From: Myxococcota bacterium
GTDB lineage: Bacteria; Myxococcota_A; UBA9160; UBA6930
DNA length: 64,000 bases
Reading direction: 5' to 3'
Assembly: GCA_965223705.1 (NCBI GenBank)
Contig: OZ245015.1
Location: 1,632,001 to 1,696,000, forward strand
The position numbers were made by a program, and so were the translations under genes. Positions 46,705-57,621 of this stretch are shown one piece after another. Below the pieces are notes generated by a model. That model was given only the letters and a program-made list of their open reading frames with translations, did no database searches and had not been told where the DNA came from. Positions within the stretch are counted from its first letter, which is position 1. The number at the start of each line of letters is the position of its first letter.

Positions 46705-49700
46705 GAGTACATGCCCTCGGGACCGGGTTCGGTCGGGGTGGGTTCGGGGTTCGCGCCGGGCTCCGGGCTCTCGAAGCTGGCGATGAGACCGAGCAGCTGG
46801 TCGATCTGGGCCTCGTCGCCGAAGAGCCCGTCGATTCCGTCGGGGTCGAGCGACGTGAACGGCGGCTCGTAGAGCCGCTCGAGCTCGATCGCCCCCGCGC
46901 TCGCGATAAGGCTCTTGAGCAAGCTCAGGAAGCGCACTTGCCGGGCATTCAGCGCAGGGTGCTGATGGACAAAGGCTTCGAAGCGCTTCTCGACAGCCTC
47001 ACCGTCGAGCCCAATCACGCGGCGAATCGCCAGATCGAGGTGCCCTGCGGTCTTCGGGTAAAGCTGCTCGAGCTTGGCGAGGTCGACGTCGGGGTTCTGG
47101 GTGAGGACGAGGCTCACGAGTTCGTCCAGGTCCTGCCGGCCGACGGGGCGGCCGGCCTTGATCTTCCGCAACGTCTCGTTGCTGGCCAGAAGGTCGCGCA
47201 GTACCTGTTCGACCCGCTTGCGCCAGCCCACCAGGTCGAGGCCCTCTATCTTGACTGTGTGCTCGCCCTCGCGCACGAGCATCGGGTCTTCGGCCACGTC
47301 TACCACGTGGGCATAATCGGCGGGGCTGACCAGGCGCTCGCGGTACTTCATGATGGCCCGCAGCTCGCGCCGGACTTCCTCGAGCGCCGCGAAGTTCGGA
47401 GCGTCCCAGAATTCGACACCTTTCACCTGTGCGATCGCATCTGCCTTGGCCTTGACCTGGGCGAGGTTCATCTTGAGCTGGGAGAGGGCATTCAGAAGGT
47501 CGCCCTTCAGATCCTGAAATTCGCTCGCCTCAGCGATTCGAGCCCGCTGGAGGCGGGTCATCAAGAGATCGAACTCGTGGGCTTCCACATGGCCGCGGAT
47601 GTCCCGCTCCTTCATGAGGGGCGCTACCTCTTGGAGCAGGGCCGCCTTGGTGGCCGGGTCGAACTGCTTCAGGATCTGGGTGTCGCCCACTTTCTTCAGC
47701 GTCCGCCAGGCGTCACGCACGGCGATCGTCCCTGAGTCCTCGAGACTTGCTATGTCCTGCCGTAGCAGTTCAACCACCAACTCGAATGTAGGTAGCTCGG
47801 GTTTACGGAGCGCGGCTTCGGCGAGCTCCACGCGGTTCTCAAACAGCTGATGGAGGAGCGACTTGCGAGGCGAGGGCGTTGGTTCGACGTAGGTCTGGCC
47901 GAAGAACTCGAAGTTGCCCCAGTGATCGAAGACCAGAAACTCCTTCTTGTGCTCGCCGTAGCCAAAGAGATTCTCGCACTTGCGAGTGCCGCGACCGATC
48001 ATCTGCCAGAACTTGACATAGGACTTCACGGGTTTGGCGAACACAAGGTTTACGACCTCCGGGACGTCGATGCCTGTGTCGAGCATGTCGACCGAGATGG
48101 CGATCTGGATGTCGTTGTGCTGGCCCTGTCCCTTGAAATCGTCAATTAGTTGCTCTGCACGCGGATCGTAGTTGTCGATGACCGTGCAGAAGCTGCCTCC
48201 GTAGTGCGGGTAGAGTTCGTCGAAAAGCTCCTTCAGAAGGACGGCGTGGCGGTGGCTGCGCGCGAAGACGATCGACTTCCCTGGCACCTGGCCGCTTACG
48301 TCGCGGATGCCGTTATTGATCAGGTTGCGCAGCATCTCGCGGTTCGTGTCCTTGTTGAAGATGAAGCGGTCGAGTTCGGCGGCCTCGTAGTCAAAGCTCT
48401 CAGCATTCGAAATCTGTTTTTCGAGCTGTGCCCGCTGCGCCTCATTCATCTGTGCCCACTTCATTCCCTTGCGCTGGAAGCCGGTTTGAAATGTGCGAAC
48501 GTGAAGCGGGACGAGGACCCCGTCATCAATGGCGCGGTCCAACGGATACGAGGCCGTCGGGTCTTGGTCCTCGCAGCCGAAGAGATCGTAGGTGTTGCGA
48601 TCGATGAAGCGCACCGGCGTCGCCGTGAGCCCGACTTGGAGCGCGTCGAAGTAGTCGAAGAGATCCTTGTAGCGGTTGTAGATGCTGCGGTGAGATTCGT
48701 CCGCGATCACCAGATCGAAAAAGCCCACGTCGAAGCTCTCGAAGCAACTCTTCATCGCCGGATAGGTGGCGAAGTAGATTTGGTGCTCCCGCTCCTGGGC
48801 AGTTTTGGCCGTCACCGCAACTCGCTTGGCGTTCGGGAGGAGCTGCTTGAAGGCGTTCAATGCCTGCTTGCGGAGCTCGCGCCGGTCGCATAGGAAGAGA
48901 ATGCGTTTAGCGCGATTGGCTCGAAGGAGCACGTCAGCGAGCGAGATGGCCACTCGGGTCTTGCCAGTGCCCGTTGCCTGGACGATCAGCGCCTTCCGGC
49001 GCCCCTGGTCGAAGCGCTCGCCCACACGCTTCACGGCCTCCACCTGGTAGAGGCGGCCGGCGATCTCGTCGCTGATCGGCACTTCCTCGAGTCGGGCCCG
49101 CTCGCCGCGCTGGAAGTGGAGATAGGCGAGGCTGTCCTTTGAGTAGAAGCCGTACAGCTTGCGATCGACCTCGTTCTGGGCGTCATCCCAGAGGTAGAGG
49201 TCGAAGCCGTTGGTGTAGAAGATGACCGGGCGCTGTCCGTACATCCGCTCGAGGCCGTCGGCGTAGAGCCGGGCTTGGTACCGGCCCTGGACGGCCTCGA
49301 TTGAGGTCTTTTTTACCTCAACGACAGCCAGCGGCTTTTCCGCATCGTCCCAGAGCACATAGTCCGCCCGACCCTTGCCGCTCTCCGTCGGCTGGTAGTC
49401 GACCTCGACCTCTTGGCCCACCTGGGCCGTGTTCTTACCCGCTTCCCCAACCACCCATCCAGCGGAAACCAGCATGGTTTCGACGAGGAACTTCCTGGTG
49501 TCGGACTCATTAAAGGAGAGCTCGCTCGCGGCCCGCTGACCGGACTCGACAATGATCTGAAGCTCTTGTGCGGTCTTCTCTGCGTCCTCGGCCTTCGCAC
49601 GCGCAGCGTCCAGCTCCGTCAGGATTCTCTCCATCTGCGCTTCCTGGGCGGCGAGCTTCTCAAGCGCAGCCGTTTTCTCTCGCTTAAGCTCGGCCTTGGT

Positions 49701-50207
49701 CACGCCAGCCGCGCCCCCCGACGGGGGCAGTGTGAACTTCGGGCAATCGCTCTGCGCACCCTTGTCCACCGCCATGTGGAGCCAGCTGCCGAGGTGATAG
49801 ACCTCGCTTAGCGCCCGGCGCGCCATATCGAAGTTGACGGCGCCGCCGTGGGCCGCCTTGTTCCCAAGTTTCCGGACAGCGTGAATCTTGGTCAGCACCA
49901 CCTGGGGCACCGAGTCCTTGAAGGGCTGACCGTCGAGGAGCGTGAAGAAGTCAGCGTCATAGGGCTGAGAGAGACCCAGCACCACGTAGAGGTCGTTCGT
50001 CATCGCCTCTGCGAAAGTGCGGAGCTTGATCAGCGCGCTCGCCGGGTCGGGGTGCAGGTATTGCTCGGCGAAGCCACCGAGATCAGCCAGGTAGGTGCGC
50101 TTGTTGCGGAGGAACTCGAAATTGACGGATTTCACCACGGCGGCTTTCTCCCGGAGATCCGCGAGGTCCCCAAACGGGCCAGCTGTGTGCGTTTCCTCGG
50201 CTGACAT
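46701..50207 (-). CDS. hsdR: Type I restriction subunit (N-terminal DUF4145-like domain, EcoEI-type C-terminus)
   Basis: Nuclease motif ADYVL...[35 protein letters not shown] and [11 protein letters not shown] at 50207 has a GGGAGAG RBS. Confidence 0.95.
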   Translation of the reverse strand: MSAEETHTAGPFGDLADLREKAAVVKSVNFEFLRNKRTYLADLGGFAEQYLHPDPASALIKLRTFAEAMTNDLYVVLGLSQPYDADFFTLLDGQPFKDSVPQVVLTKIHAVRKLGNKAAHGGAVNFDMARRALSEVYHLGSWLHMAVDKGAQSDCPKFTLPPSGGAAGVTKAELKREKTAALEKLAAQEAQMERILTELDAARAKAEDAEKTAQELQIIVESGQRAASELSFNESDTRKFLVETMLVSAGWVVGEAGKNTAQVGQEVEVDYQPTESGKGRADYVLWDDAEKPLAVVEVKKTSIEAVQGRYQARLYADGLERMYGQRPVIFYTNGFDLYLWDDAQNEVDRKLYGFYSKDSLAYLHFQRGERARLEEVPISDEIAGRLYQVEAVKRVGERFDQGRRKALIVQATGTGKTRVAISLADVLLRANRAKRILFLCDRRELRKQALNAFKQLLPNAKRVAVTAKTAQEREHQIYFATYPAMKSCFESFDVGFFDLVIADESHRSIYNRYKDLFDYFDALQVGLTATPVRFIDRNTYDLFGCEDQDPTASYPLDRAIDDGVLVPLHVRTFQTGFQRKGMKWAQMNEAQRAQLEKQISNAESFDYEAAELDRFIFNKDTNREMLRNLINNGIRDVSGQVPGKSIVFARSHRHAVLLKELFDELYPHYGGSFCTVIDNYDPRAEQLIDDFKGQGQHNDIQIAISVDMLDTGIDVPEVVNLVFAKPVKSYVKFWQMIGRGTRKCENLFGYGEHKKEFLVFDHWGNFEFFGQTYVEPTPSPRKSLLHQLFENRVELAEAALRKPELPTFELVVELLRQDIASLEDSGTIAVRDAWRTLKKVGDTQILKQFDPATKAALLQEVAPLMKERDIRGHVEAHEFDLLMTRLQRARIAEASEFQDLKGDLLNALSQLKMNLAQVKAKADAIAQVKGVEFWDAPNFAALEEVRRELRAIMKYRERLVSPADYAHVVDVAEDPMLVREGEHTVKIEGLDLVGWRKRVEQVLRDLLASNETLRKIKAGRPVGRQDLDELVSLVLTQNPDVDLAKLEQLYPKTAGHLDLAIRRVIGLDGEAVEKRFEAFVHQHPALNARQVRFLSLLKSLIASAGAIELERLYEPPFTSLDPDGIDGLFGDEAQIDQLLGLIASFESPEPGANPEPTPTEPGPEGMYS

Positions 50208-50258
50208 TTGCACTCTCCCACAGCGCATGGAGCCATACCCCCGTCGGTCGAGTGTTTG

Positions 50259-50274
50259 AGCAAGGCGCGTGCCA
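50259..50274 (-). promoter_or_regulatory. Sigma54 -24/-12 promoter upstream of hsdR
   Basis: TGGCAC-GCGCC-TTGCT matches the consensus exactly and immediately follows the stop codon of the enhancer-binding-protein gene. Confidence 0.85.
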
Positions 50275-51798
50275 TCATCGCGTCCCGGCTTTCTTGGGGG
50301 CGTTAACGCCGTATTTTCCCATCCAGTTCGTGAGGGTTTGGTAGCTAGGCAGCCCTACCAGCTCGGCCGCCTTCGTCTTATTCCCATCAGCCTCGCCGAG
50401 GGCCCGCTCAAGGTAGTGCTTGGCCAATTCTGCCATCAAATCAGGTAGTTGCAGCTCTTTTCCAAGCGGGCGACCGAGAAGGTCCGTAGTCTTGCCCTGA
50501 ATCGGTTGGAGGAGCTCCTCGCGGACGTCCTCCACCCCAATTTTGGCACCGGGCGTCCAGAGCACGAGCCGATCCATGGTGGCCTGCATCTCGCGGACGT
50601 TCCCAGACCATTCGTGTCGAAGCAGAAGATTTCTTGCTTGAGGAGAAAGGGTCTTCTGCTCAAAAGTGGGTTGGTCGGCAAACTTCTCGTTGGCAGCGGC
50701 AAGAAAGTGGTCGAGGAGTGGAGTTAGGTCGCCCTGACGCTCCCGCAGAGGGGGCAATCGGATGACGCCGGACGCCAGCCGGAAGTAGAGGTCCTCCCGG
50801 AAGGTGCCCCCTGCCACTTCAGCCCTCAGCTTGCGGTTGGTGGCGGCGATGATTCGAACGTCAACCTTCACGGGGTTACTGCCGCCAACTCGCCGGATCT
50901 CCCGTTCCTGGAGTGCACGCAGGATCTTCGCCTGGGCCGCGAGCGGGAGCTCGCCGATCTCGTCCAGAAATAGTGTCCCGCCAGCCGCGGCCTCGAAGTG
51001 ACCAACGTGGCGTTTGTCGGCGCCGGAGAACGCGCCTTTCTCGTGACCGAACAGTAGAGACTCGACTAGGCCCTCTGGCAGCGCCCCACAGTTCACGTCT
51101 TCGAATGGCTTCTCAGAGCGGCGGCTGGCCGCGTGGATTGCCCGAGCGAAAAGTTCCTTGCCCGTGCCCGATTCACCCTCGATGAGGACGGTCGTATCGT
51201 GAGGCGCGACTCGTCGGGCTCGAGCAATCGCGCGGCTGAGCGCCGGACTGCGTCCGACGATCTGGGCGAACTCGGGGGCCTCTGGGGGTAGGCCCGCGGT
51301 CAGGCGTTCGAGTTTCTCGTCCGTGCGGCGAAGGGCGCGCGGAACGTACTCGGCTGCGAGGTCGAACGGGAATGCGACGCCGCGCACGCCACGCTCAACG
51401 CTCGACTGGATCAGCTCCGCAGGGAATCGCGTCTTCGCGAGCAGAATCCAAGCCGCCTGCATCGACGGGGTGCCCGGGCTGATGTGGGCCGCTAAGTCTG
51501 CTTCTTTACCGAACTCCGCGTGTGTGAACTCGATCGCCCGCTCTACGGCCGCGACGATCTCGTGGAAGTCCGTCGGGTCGTCGAGTGTTTCGATTCTCAG
51601 GTGGATCGGAGACCCGCCCCGATCTTCCAGCCATTCTGAGTACTCGCGACTCTCGCCCTCGTCGTAGTTCGACAAGAGGACAACTGCATCGAAGGTTCGA
51701 GCGTCGAGTACGCTCGCCGTCGGGCCCGCGCCCGGCCTCTTGCCCGTGGAGCAGTCGAGATCGGTCCGGCCGAGCCATGCGAGGAGGATCTTCGGCAC
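50275..51798 (-). CDS. RtcR-like sigma54 enhancer-binding protein (putative CARF sensor, AAA+, Fis-type HTH)
   Basis: GESGTGKE, GAFSGA loop, LFLDEIGE, FREDLYFRL, WSGNVRE and C-terminal HTH. The N-terminal DDPTDF...HISPGTP...WILL resembles the RtcR sensor domain. GTG at 51798 is the likely start. Confidence 0.88.
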   Translation of the reverse strand: MPKILLAWLGRTDLDCSTGKRPGAGPTASVLDARTFDAVVLLSNYDEGESREYSEWLEDRGGSPIHLRIETLDDPTDFHEIVAAVERAIEFTHAEFGKEADLAAHISPGTPSMQAAWILLAKTRFPAELIQSSVERGVRGVAFPFDLAAEYVPRALRRTDEKLERLTAGLPPEAPEFAQIVGRSPALSRAIARARRVAPHDTTVLIEGESGTGKELFARAIHAASRRSEKPFEDVNCGALPEGLVESLLFGHEKGAFSGADKRHVGHFEAAAGGTLFLDEIGELPLAAQAKILRALQEREIRRVGGSNPVKVDVRIIAATNRKLRAEVAGGTFREDLYFRLASGVIRLPPLRERQGDLTPLLDHFLAAANEKFADQPTFEQKTLSPQARNLLLRHEWSGNVREMQATMDRLVLWTPGAKIGVEDVREELLQPIQGKTTDLLGRPLGKELQLPDLMAELAKHYLERALGEADGNKTKAAELVGLPSYQTLTNWMGKYGVNAPKKAGTR

Positions 51799-52181
51799 AG
51801 TCGAAGCATAAGAAAATTTGCGCTCGGCTCCACTTTCGTACCTCAACCAGCAGGGCCGGCACGAGCCGGGCTGGCAACACGCAAGAATGGCGCGCTGCGC
51901 TTGGTCAACACGAGCCCGGCCCTCCCGGGAGAGCGACGCGGGTACGCGCCTCTCGGTAGTTCGCGAGACCGCCTCGCCCCGAGCATGGAAGCCGGATCTT
52001 CCCAGCTCCAGCAGCGACGACCTCGTCCCTGGGACTGTACTTGCCGCCTGTTTTCAATCCGTTGCGAACTCTGACGACAATCGCGATTTCCACGACATGA
52101 ATGGTGAGAATCCGGCAAGGGTTTCGCACCGGTGGCGATTCTCTTGGCTGGGAGACGCCGCAGGCGGGACACTCAGGCCGA

Positions 52182-52855
52182 ATGCCGCTCCGAAACATCT
52201 TCGATCAATACGACCAGAACGAAAACCGCCTTACGCACGCGCTGTGCTGTGCTCTTGTTGAGGACGACAGCTCCTTCGCGCGTTTCTGCTGGACTTCGCA
52301 GATCGAAGGGTGTCAACGCGCGTCGATCTCGAAGTCGAAGAGCAGTCAATCCCTGGGGAGGTCGCGCCACCGGGTGACGAAGAAGATCAGCGGCGCGGCC
52401 TACCCGACGCTTGGATCCACTCGAACCATGACTGGGCCGTGCTCGTAGAGAGTAAGGTCACCGCACCCGTCGAGGTCGATCAACTTCGACATCACCACAA
52501 CATGGCTCGCCGTCAGGCTACCAAGAGGGCACCTGGTGCCGCACCTTGGTTTATCGGACTACAGCGTCGCTATCCAAGCCAGCACTCTGTCCCAATCGTC
52601 GACGCACGGTTTGAATTCGATCTGCGAACGCTGGTCCGCGATCATGAGAGTTCCGTCAAGACCCAGCCGATCTTTCTTCAGGCCGCCTACTCGGCAATAC
52701 AGAATCGCGCACCGAACTTTCAGGCTGGGGTCGGACTCAAATTGTCTTATCGATACTGCCCAGCCACATCCTCGCCCGAAGCGTTAGGGCTCGTTGCGGA
52801 TGCTTGGCTCGCATGTAGGCCACTCATCGATCTGCTCCTGAACCCTGAGAAGTAG
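52182..52855 (+). pseudogene. Frameshifted PD-(D/E)xK nuclease-like gene
   Basis: MPLRNIFDQY..ENRLTHAL in one frame continues as EEQ...GLPDAWI...LVESK in another frame. The switch is at ~52270-52320. Confidence 0.65.
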
Positions 52856-52864
52856 GATTTGCGT

Positions 52865-53644
52865 ATGGAAGCGATTGGACTCGATGTTGGCTTCTCTGCT
52901 ACCCGACCCAGTTCTGGGGTCGCGCGATTCTCTTCCGACGGGATCCTGCGAGTAGGTCATGCGACTTCCGACTGGGCAAGCCGCAGCGCAGTCGCCGGTG
53001 AGGAGGCCGTACAGGTTGCAGCGATTGACGCCCCTTACACGAGAATCGCAGAAAGTGAGCCTCGGGCATGCGAGCGAGTCTTTACGCTCGGGCCCTTCGG
53101 CGGCCGATGCAAACCCGGATTGTCCCATGTCCCCGGCACGGGACGCGAACTCCGAAGAGCAGGGTGGGAGACCGCGCAACAGCTCAAGCCACTCGCGCCA
53201 AGCGAGCCTCTTCGTGTTCAGTTTCCACGTATCGAAGACTGCAACGTTGTGGAGGCGTTTCCGAACGCGTATCTCGGAGTGTGCGTGCCGTCCAGTATCT
53301 ATGACACGAAGCCGCCGCTACGACGGGGGAAGAAGTTCGACTGGCTCTACGAACGATGGGTTGACTCGGGACTCTTCCATCGAGCTGCTCGGGAAGCGGG
53401 ATTGCCTGATAGCGTGGCTGAGCTGTGCGATTCGAACACTCAACACGACGAGCGCGCCGCGCTCGTTTGTTTGCTGACCGCGAGTGGTGTTTTCCTCGGT
53501 CGCTACACCGCTGTCGGAGACCCCGCCGGTGGGTACTTCTTTCTACCAGCGTTCGAACTCTGGGCCGACTGGGCGAGAGAAGCGATCGAACGTCAGAGCG
53601 TTCGCGTGCCCGAAATCGAAGTTTGGAAAGACGGCACGCGATAA
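52865..53644 (+). CDS. DUF429-like predicted RNase H-fold nuclease
   Basis: IGLDVGFS, AAIDAP, R.CER and VVEAFP motifs. Confidence 0.75.
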   Translation: MEAIGLDVGFSATRPSSGVARFSSDGILRVGHATSDWASRSAVAGEEAVQVAAIDAPYTRIAESEPRACERVFTLGPFGGRCKPGLSHVPGTGRELRRAGWETAQQLKPLAPSEPLRVQFPRIEDCNVVEAFPNAYLGVCVPSSIYDTKPPLRRGKKFDWLYERWVDSGLFHRAAREAGLPDSVAELCDSNTQHDERAALVCLLTASGVFLGRYTAVGDPAGGYFFLPAFELWADWAREAIERQSVRVPEIEVWKDGTR

Positions 53645-53780
53645 ACGCTGACGAGCGACCGGGAGCGGGCCGCGTGCTGAGGAAGCTACTCAGGTGCCAG
53701 CGAGCGGACGGCTATCGACACGGTCCAAAGCCTAGGAGCACCTGTACACTCGCACCTTCGCAAACGCGTCGATGGAGACG

Positions 53781-54008
53781 TTAGATGACCTCTGGAGACT
53801 TTCCAACGTAGACCGTCCCGGGTTTTATCTCTTGAAAGCAACCAAGCTCATACAGCGCTGAGGATTGGCAACCTCGGACACGAAACTCTTGTTGCCCCGA
53901 ATGCTGCATCTCGCACTTGCGCATAGCCACCTCGACCATGGCGCTCGTCGTGCCCACTTTGCAGACGAGGCCGATAGCCAGGGCTCCTAGCAAGGCGTGC
54001 TTTCCCAT
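53781..54008 (-). CDS. Possible small Cys-containing secreted protein
   Basis: MGKHALLGALAIGLVC signal-like start, 75 aa, no recognisable family. Confidence 0.3.
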   Translation of the reverse strand: MGKHALLGALAIGLVCKVGTTSAMVEVAMRKCEMQHSGQQEFRVRGCQSSALYELGCFQEIKPGTVYVGKSPEVI

Positions 54009-54139
54009 AGCTAGTGATACGACGGCCACGCCAAGGTGGACGACCGATGCATCAAGATGACCGGACCCGGCGTCGACATCGCGACGTGTCGACAAGCCCT
54101 CTCCAATCCACTGTCGCGTTGCGGGCGTAGAGAAGAGGT

Positions 54140-55036
54140 ATGAAACGCCTGGTCGCGGGACTGCTGGGGGTGGTGTTCGCGGTAGCTTCCGCGCCCGTTG
54201 CGTTCGGCTACTGGCCTGAGTGCGCGCGCGCAAGGTTCTCGCAAGGTGGTGAGGCAGACCCGGAGATGCACGCGAGGCTCGTTGAGTGGCTTCGCTCTCC
54301 ATGTTTTCGAGAGTTCCCCGGTGGTGTCCGGATGACCAAGTACCTCATCGGGCGTTTTGAGAACGACCTGTGCGCAGATAGTTGGTGGCTCAACGCGGTA
54401 TCTCTCGCGAAGACCGAACTAGGGTTTTCGTATGTTGAGCAGAAGGTGTGGGGTGATTCGCGTCCTCGGCTTCAACGGCGAGCACTCGATGCTTTGCGAA
54501 GTGCGGAACATCCCGGGAACCTCGAAGTTGCCCGCAAAGGACTAAAGCGGTTCGAGCCGGAATCCGAGCCCTATTTCTATTCGCTTCTGCTGGCCGGAGA
54601 AGCCATGTGGCTTCTCCGGAAGGTCGACAACGCGCTCGTAGAAATCTTGTTGGACCACTCGAATGGTCCCCGAACAGACAGAAACACTCGCCAGGCCCGT
54701 CGCGAGTTGCGCCGCCTCGTGCGAAACATGTTGTTGGACAGGTCTTTAGTTCCCTTCTACGACGAACGCCCCTGGAACAGGGCTACCTTGGATGAGCCGG
54801 ACCCCAAGGACTTCTGGAAGCATCAGCCACCCATCGCCACCATCCGCGGTCGCGAGGGGTTCGTTGCGAGGGGAGGTCCCTGGCCAACGATATGTCAGGG
54901 TCCCTGTCAGAAAGGCTATCGCCAGCCTACGCCAGGAAACTGGCCGCCTTCCCATTCGGCACTTCTCGCAAGGTTGTTTCGACCTTGGGGAACTTTTCGT
55001 CACGACTGTCGGTCAGACTTCGCGCCGCGTCCGTAG
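54140..55036 (+). CDS. Hypothetical secreted protein
   Basis: GAGG RBS and signal peptide MKRLVAGLLGVVFAVASAPVAFG. Confidence 0.6.
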   Translation: MKRLVAGLLGVVFAVASAPVAFGYWPECARARFSQGGEADPEMHARLVEWLRSPCFREFPGGVRMTKYLIGRFENDLCADSWWLNAVSLAKTELGFSYVEQKVWGDSRPRLQRRALDALRSAEHPGNLEVARKGLKRFEPESEPYFYSLLLAGEAMWLLRKVDNALVEILLDHSNGPRTDRNTRQARRELRRLVRNMLLDRSLVPFYDERPWNRATLDEPDPKDFWKHQPPIATIRGREGFVARGGPWPTICQGPCQKGYRQPTPGNWPPSHSALLARLFRPWGTFRHDCRSDFAPRP

Positions 55037-55066
55037 AGACACGAAGGCGGGACGATCGGTCGATTG

Positions 55067-55521
55067 CTAGTCCTGCAAGAACGAGGCAAGGCACGGATGG
55101 CTGGTGAGGGCGGACGCAACTGAGATCGGTGTATAGACCTCGTAGGTCCCCTGCGATGCGGACATTTGAACTCGGAGCTGCTCGTCGCCGAGTTCGTAAA
55201 CCTGGGTGACGAAAGTTCCTGCTTCTTCTGAGCGAAACTCGATCGTAAGGACTGCTCCGTCACGATTGGTCACTTCGAACTCCGAAATTGGGGAACACCG
55301 CCCCTCGAAAACGCCGATCGCTTCTCCCCCCGGAATACTTGGATCATATGTCCGAAGAGGTTGGGGTCGGCGACGATCTCCCACTGCTCGTCGGAATACT
55401 CAACCTGCTCGCTGAGACCCGACAAGGTCAGGGCTCGGTTCGATCTCCAGACGCCTTCCAATTCGGTTTTGGACTGAGAGCACGCGAGGAGGGAGGCCGC
55501 GAGAATTACTAGCCACCGCAT
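55067..55521 (-). pseudogene. Lipoprotein gene split by a frameshift in a G6 tract
   Basis: Lipobox LLAC in ORF 55270-55521. Adding one G at 55326-55331 joins it to the ORF ending at 55067. Confidence 0.55.
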
Positions 55522-55737
55522 TTGGGGTGGATCGACGCACGGGCCCCGCCAGTTGAGCTCGGTAGCCGTCGGACGGCGGTGTCCCAGGGTTCAGGATGAA
55601 ATGAAGCCCACGCGAAGGAACAGCGGAACGAGAGTCGTCGGCCAGACGATCGAATCGCACAGGAGACCTTTTAAAAGGTCTTGAGATATTCTAGAGCTTC
55701 GCCGAATAGATAGGTGCGCAACGAAGAGGAGTGACAA

Positions 55738-56217
55738 ATGGCGAGTGCCAAGCCCTTCGAACTCACGGTCACCAACCTGCCGGAAATCGCAACGCTCAAA
55801 CTCGGTAAGAAGGGGAGCGTCGAGATCGACCTCACTCAGATCCCCACCCACCTCTGGGGCGGGCCCGACGGCTTGCTCATGCGCGGGTTGAAGCGGCAGC
55901 TCATGAACACGATGGGAGCCAAGCCGACGACGCTTCCGGCGGAGGAGATGGTGCAGGCTTGGTACCTCGGCTACCCGCACGCTCGGGCGGCCGGCGTTGG
56001 AACCGAAGAGCCGAAGTCGGCGCGGGATCTCAAGAAGGAAGCGGCGGCGCGTGCGAAGCTGAACAAAGCGGCGGCGCTCGACATCGCTCGGGCGCTCGCA
56101 GTATCACGGACGGGAAACGCGAAGCTGAAGGAGGCCAGCCGCAGCCAGCTGAAACGCACGCTCGGAGACGACTTCGACGCGCTCGAAAAACAAGCCGAGA
56201 AGATGGTGGGAAAATAA
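55738..56217 (+). CDS. Hypothetical basic protein
   Basis: GAGGAG RBS, 159 aa Lys/Ala-rich ORF, hairpin downstream. Confidence 0.7.
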   Translation: MASAKPFELTVTNLPEIATLKLGKKGSVEIDLTQIPTHLWGGPDGLLMRGLKRQLMNTMGAKPTTLPAEEMVQAWYLGYPHARAAGVGTEEPKSARDLKKEAAARAKLNKAAALDIARALAVSRTGNAKLKEASRSQLKRTLGDDFDALEKQAEKMVGK

Positions 56218-56473
56218 GACGGGAGACCGAAGCGGCTTCGGGGTCCTCGCGATAAGTGCGGCGCTTGTATCCTCTATCCTGGGCTTCATGATCGCTCAGA
56301 TCGCTGTGCTCAGGATAAAGGGACTGGCCGGACCAGCAAGCCCTGACCCCACCGCCTCTCAAGAGCGTTACTTCCGGCCGTGTTGGAGAGGCTGCTGACC
56401 TGCCCGCAGTGATCGGGTTTGGGCTGGTCGGCGGCTACCTCGAAGTTCGAGCGATGGAGGTTCAATAGGCGCT

Positions 56474-56977
56474 ATGCAGGACGCCGTAGCGGTCCACGAC
56501 TGGTTGGCCATTGGGATATCAGCCTTCGCCGCGTTGAGTTCGATGGTCGCGGTTGGATTCTCGATCTACACCTGGAGGCAGCAGCGTCCATACGTGGACC
56601 GGCTGCAAGAGATTGAAGAGGCGCGCGAGCGAGATCGGGTTGCGGACCGCGAAGCGATAGTGAAGCAGGCCGAAGCGGCGGCGCAGCGGGCGGTCTTCGA
56701 TGTGTATTCGGAACCAGTGGGCAAGGGTACGGCGCACCTCTGTCTTGAAAACGTCGGCGAAGCCACAGCGCGTGAAGTTCAGATCGCGGGATCAGCGCAC
56801 GCGCAATGGTTGGTCGACAAGGGAACACCCGTTCTCGACATGCTGCGGCCAGGCGAAGCCTGGAAGCTCATGGTCGCGACGTTCAAGGGGATGGAGCGCC
56901 CTGATCGGATCACGGTCTCGTGGCGCGATGAGCGCGAAGGGTTGCAGCACGAGAACTTCAGGTTCCCAGACTTCTAA
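56474..56977 (+). CDS. Hypothetical membrane-anchored protein
   Basis: N-terminal TM, coiled coil, beta-rich C-terminus (LENVGEATAREV). Confidence 0.65.
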   Translation: MQDAVAVHDWLAIGISAFAALSSMVAVGFSIYTWRQQRPYVDRLQEIEEARERDRVADREAIVKQAEAAAQRAVFDVYSEPVGKGTAHLCLENVGEATAREVQIAGSAHAQWLVDKGTPVLDMLRPGEAWKLMVATFKGMERPDRITVSWRDEREGLQHENFRFPDF

Positions 56978-57221
56978 GACCATTCAACTTTTGTTTGCGC
57001 AAATAAGTCGCAGGGCCTCTAGTCGGCCCATCTAACTCCAGCCGCCCTTCGTGGAATCGCTGCCGGACCCAGCCGGCCCTCCTACTTGATAGGGCGCCAC
57101 GGTGAGCATCGCCGGCGGCTAGCCCATCCAGGTCGTCGACCACCGCCATCAGCAGGCCGCGCAACCAAACTACCTCCGCTCAAGCGCGACCACTCCGATG
57201 CCCGACGATGAGATCGACCAG

Positions 57222-57554
57222 CTAGCGGCACATCCTCTTGAATCGATTGCCGATGTCGATACGCGGATTCGATACCTCAGCGAGCCATCGCCGCCGTTCC
57301 CGCGTGTAGTAGAGGTACGTTCGGCTGGCCGCCGGTGAACCCTCCGCCCAATAGATCTCTCTCTCGCCCTCGGCTGTTGCGCGAACCCGCGCCACGAGCA
57401 TGTCGCAGAACAGGCAACGTTCATAGTCAGCGGGGTGCCGCTCCTGGCATTCGGCTGTCTTGCGTAGGTTCGTGCCGCGGTATTCGTCGGTCAGAGCCGG
57501 AGCCGCTACAAGTGCTACTGCAAACGCGATCATCAGGAGCCTCGCCATACTCAA
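57222..57554 (-). CDS. Hypothetical secreted protein with CxxC
   Basis: Signal peptide ending ...AAPALT and a CLFC motif. Confidence 0.5.
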   Translation of the reverse strand: MSMARLLMIAFAVALVAAPALTDEYRGTNLRKTAECQERHPADYERCLFCDMLVARVRATAEGEREIYWAEGSPAASRTYLYYTRERRRWLAEVSNPRIDIGNRFKRMCR

Positions 57555-57621
57555 CAGTACGCCGAAAACACCGACATGGATGAAACACCCGCGAGGCGCA
57601 CTTCAGACGTCGCCGGCGGAC

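Noticed and set aside
50275..51798. True rtcR of an RNA repair operon
   Set aside because: No rtcA or rtcB in the window; the context is restriction-modification.
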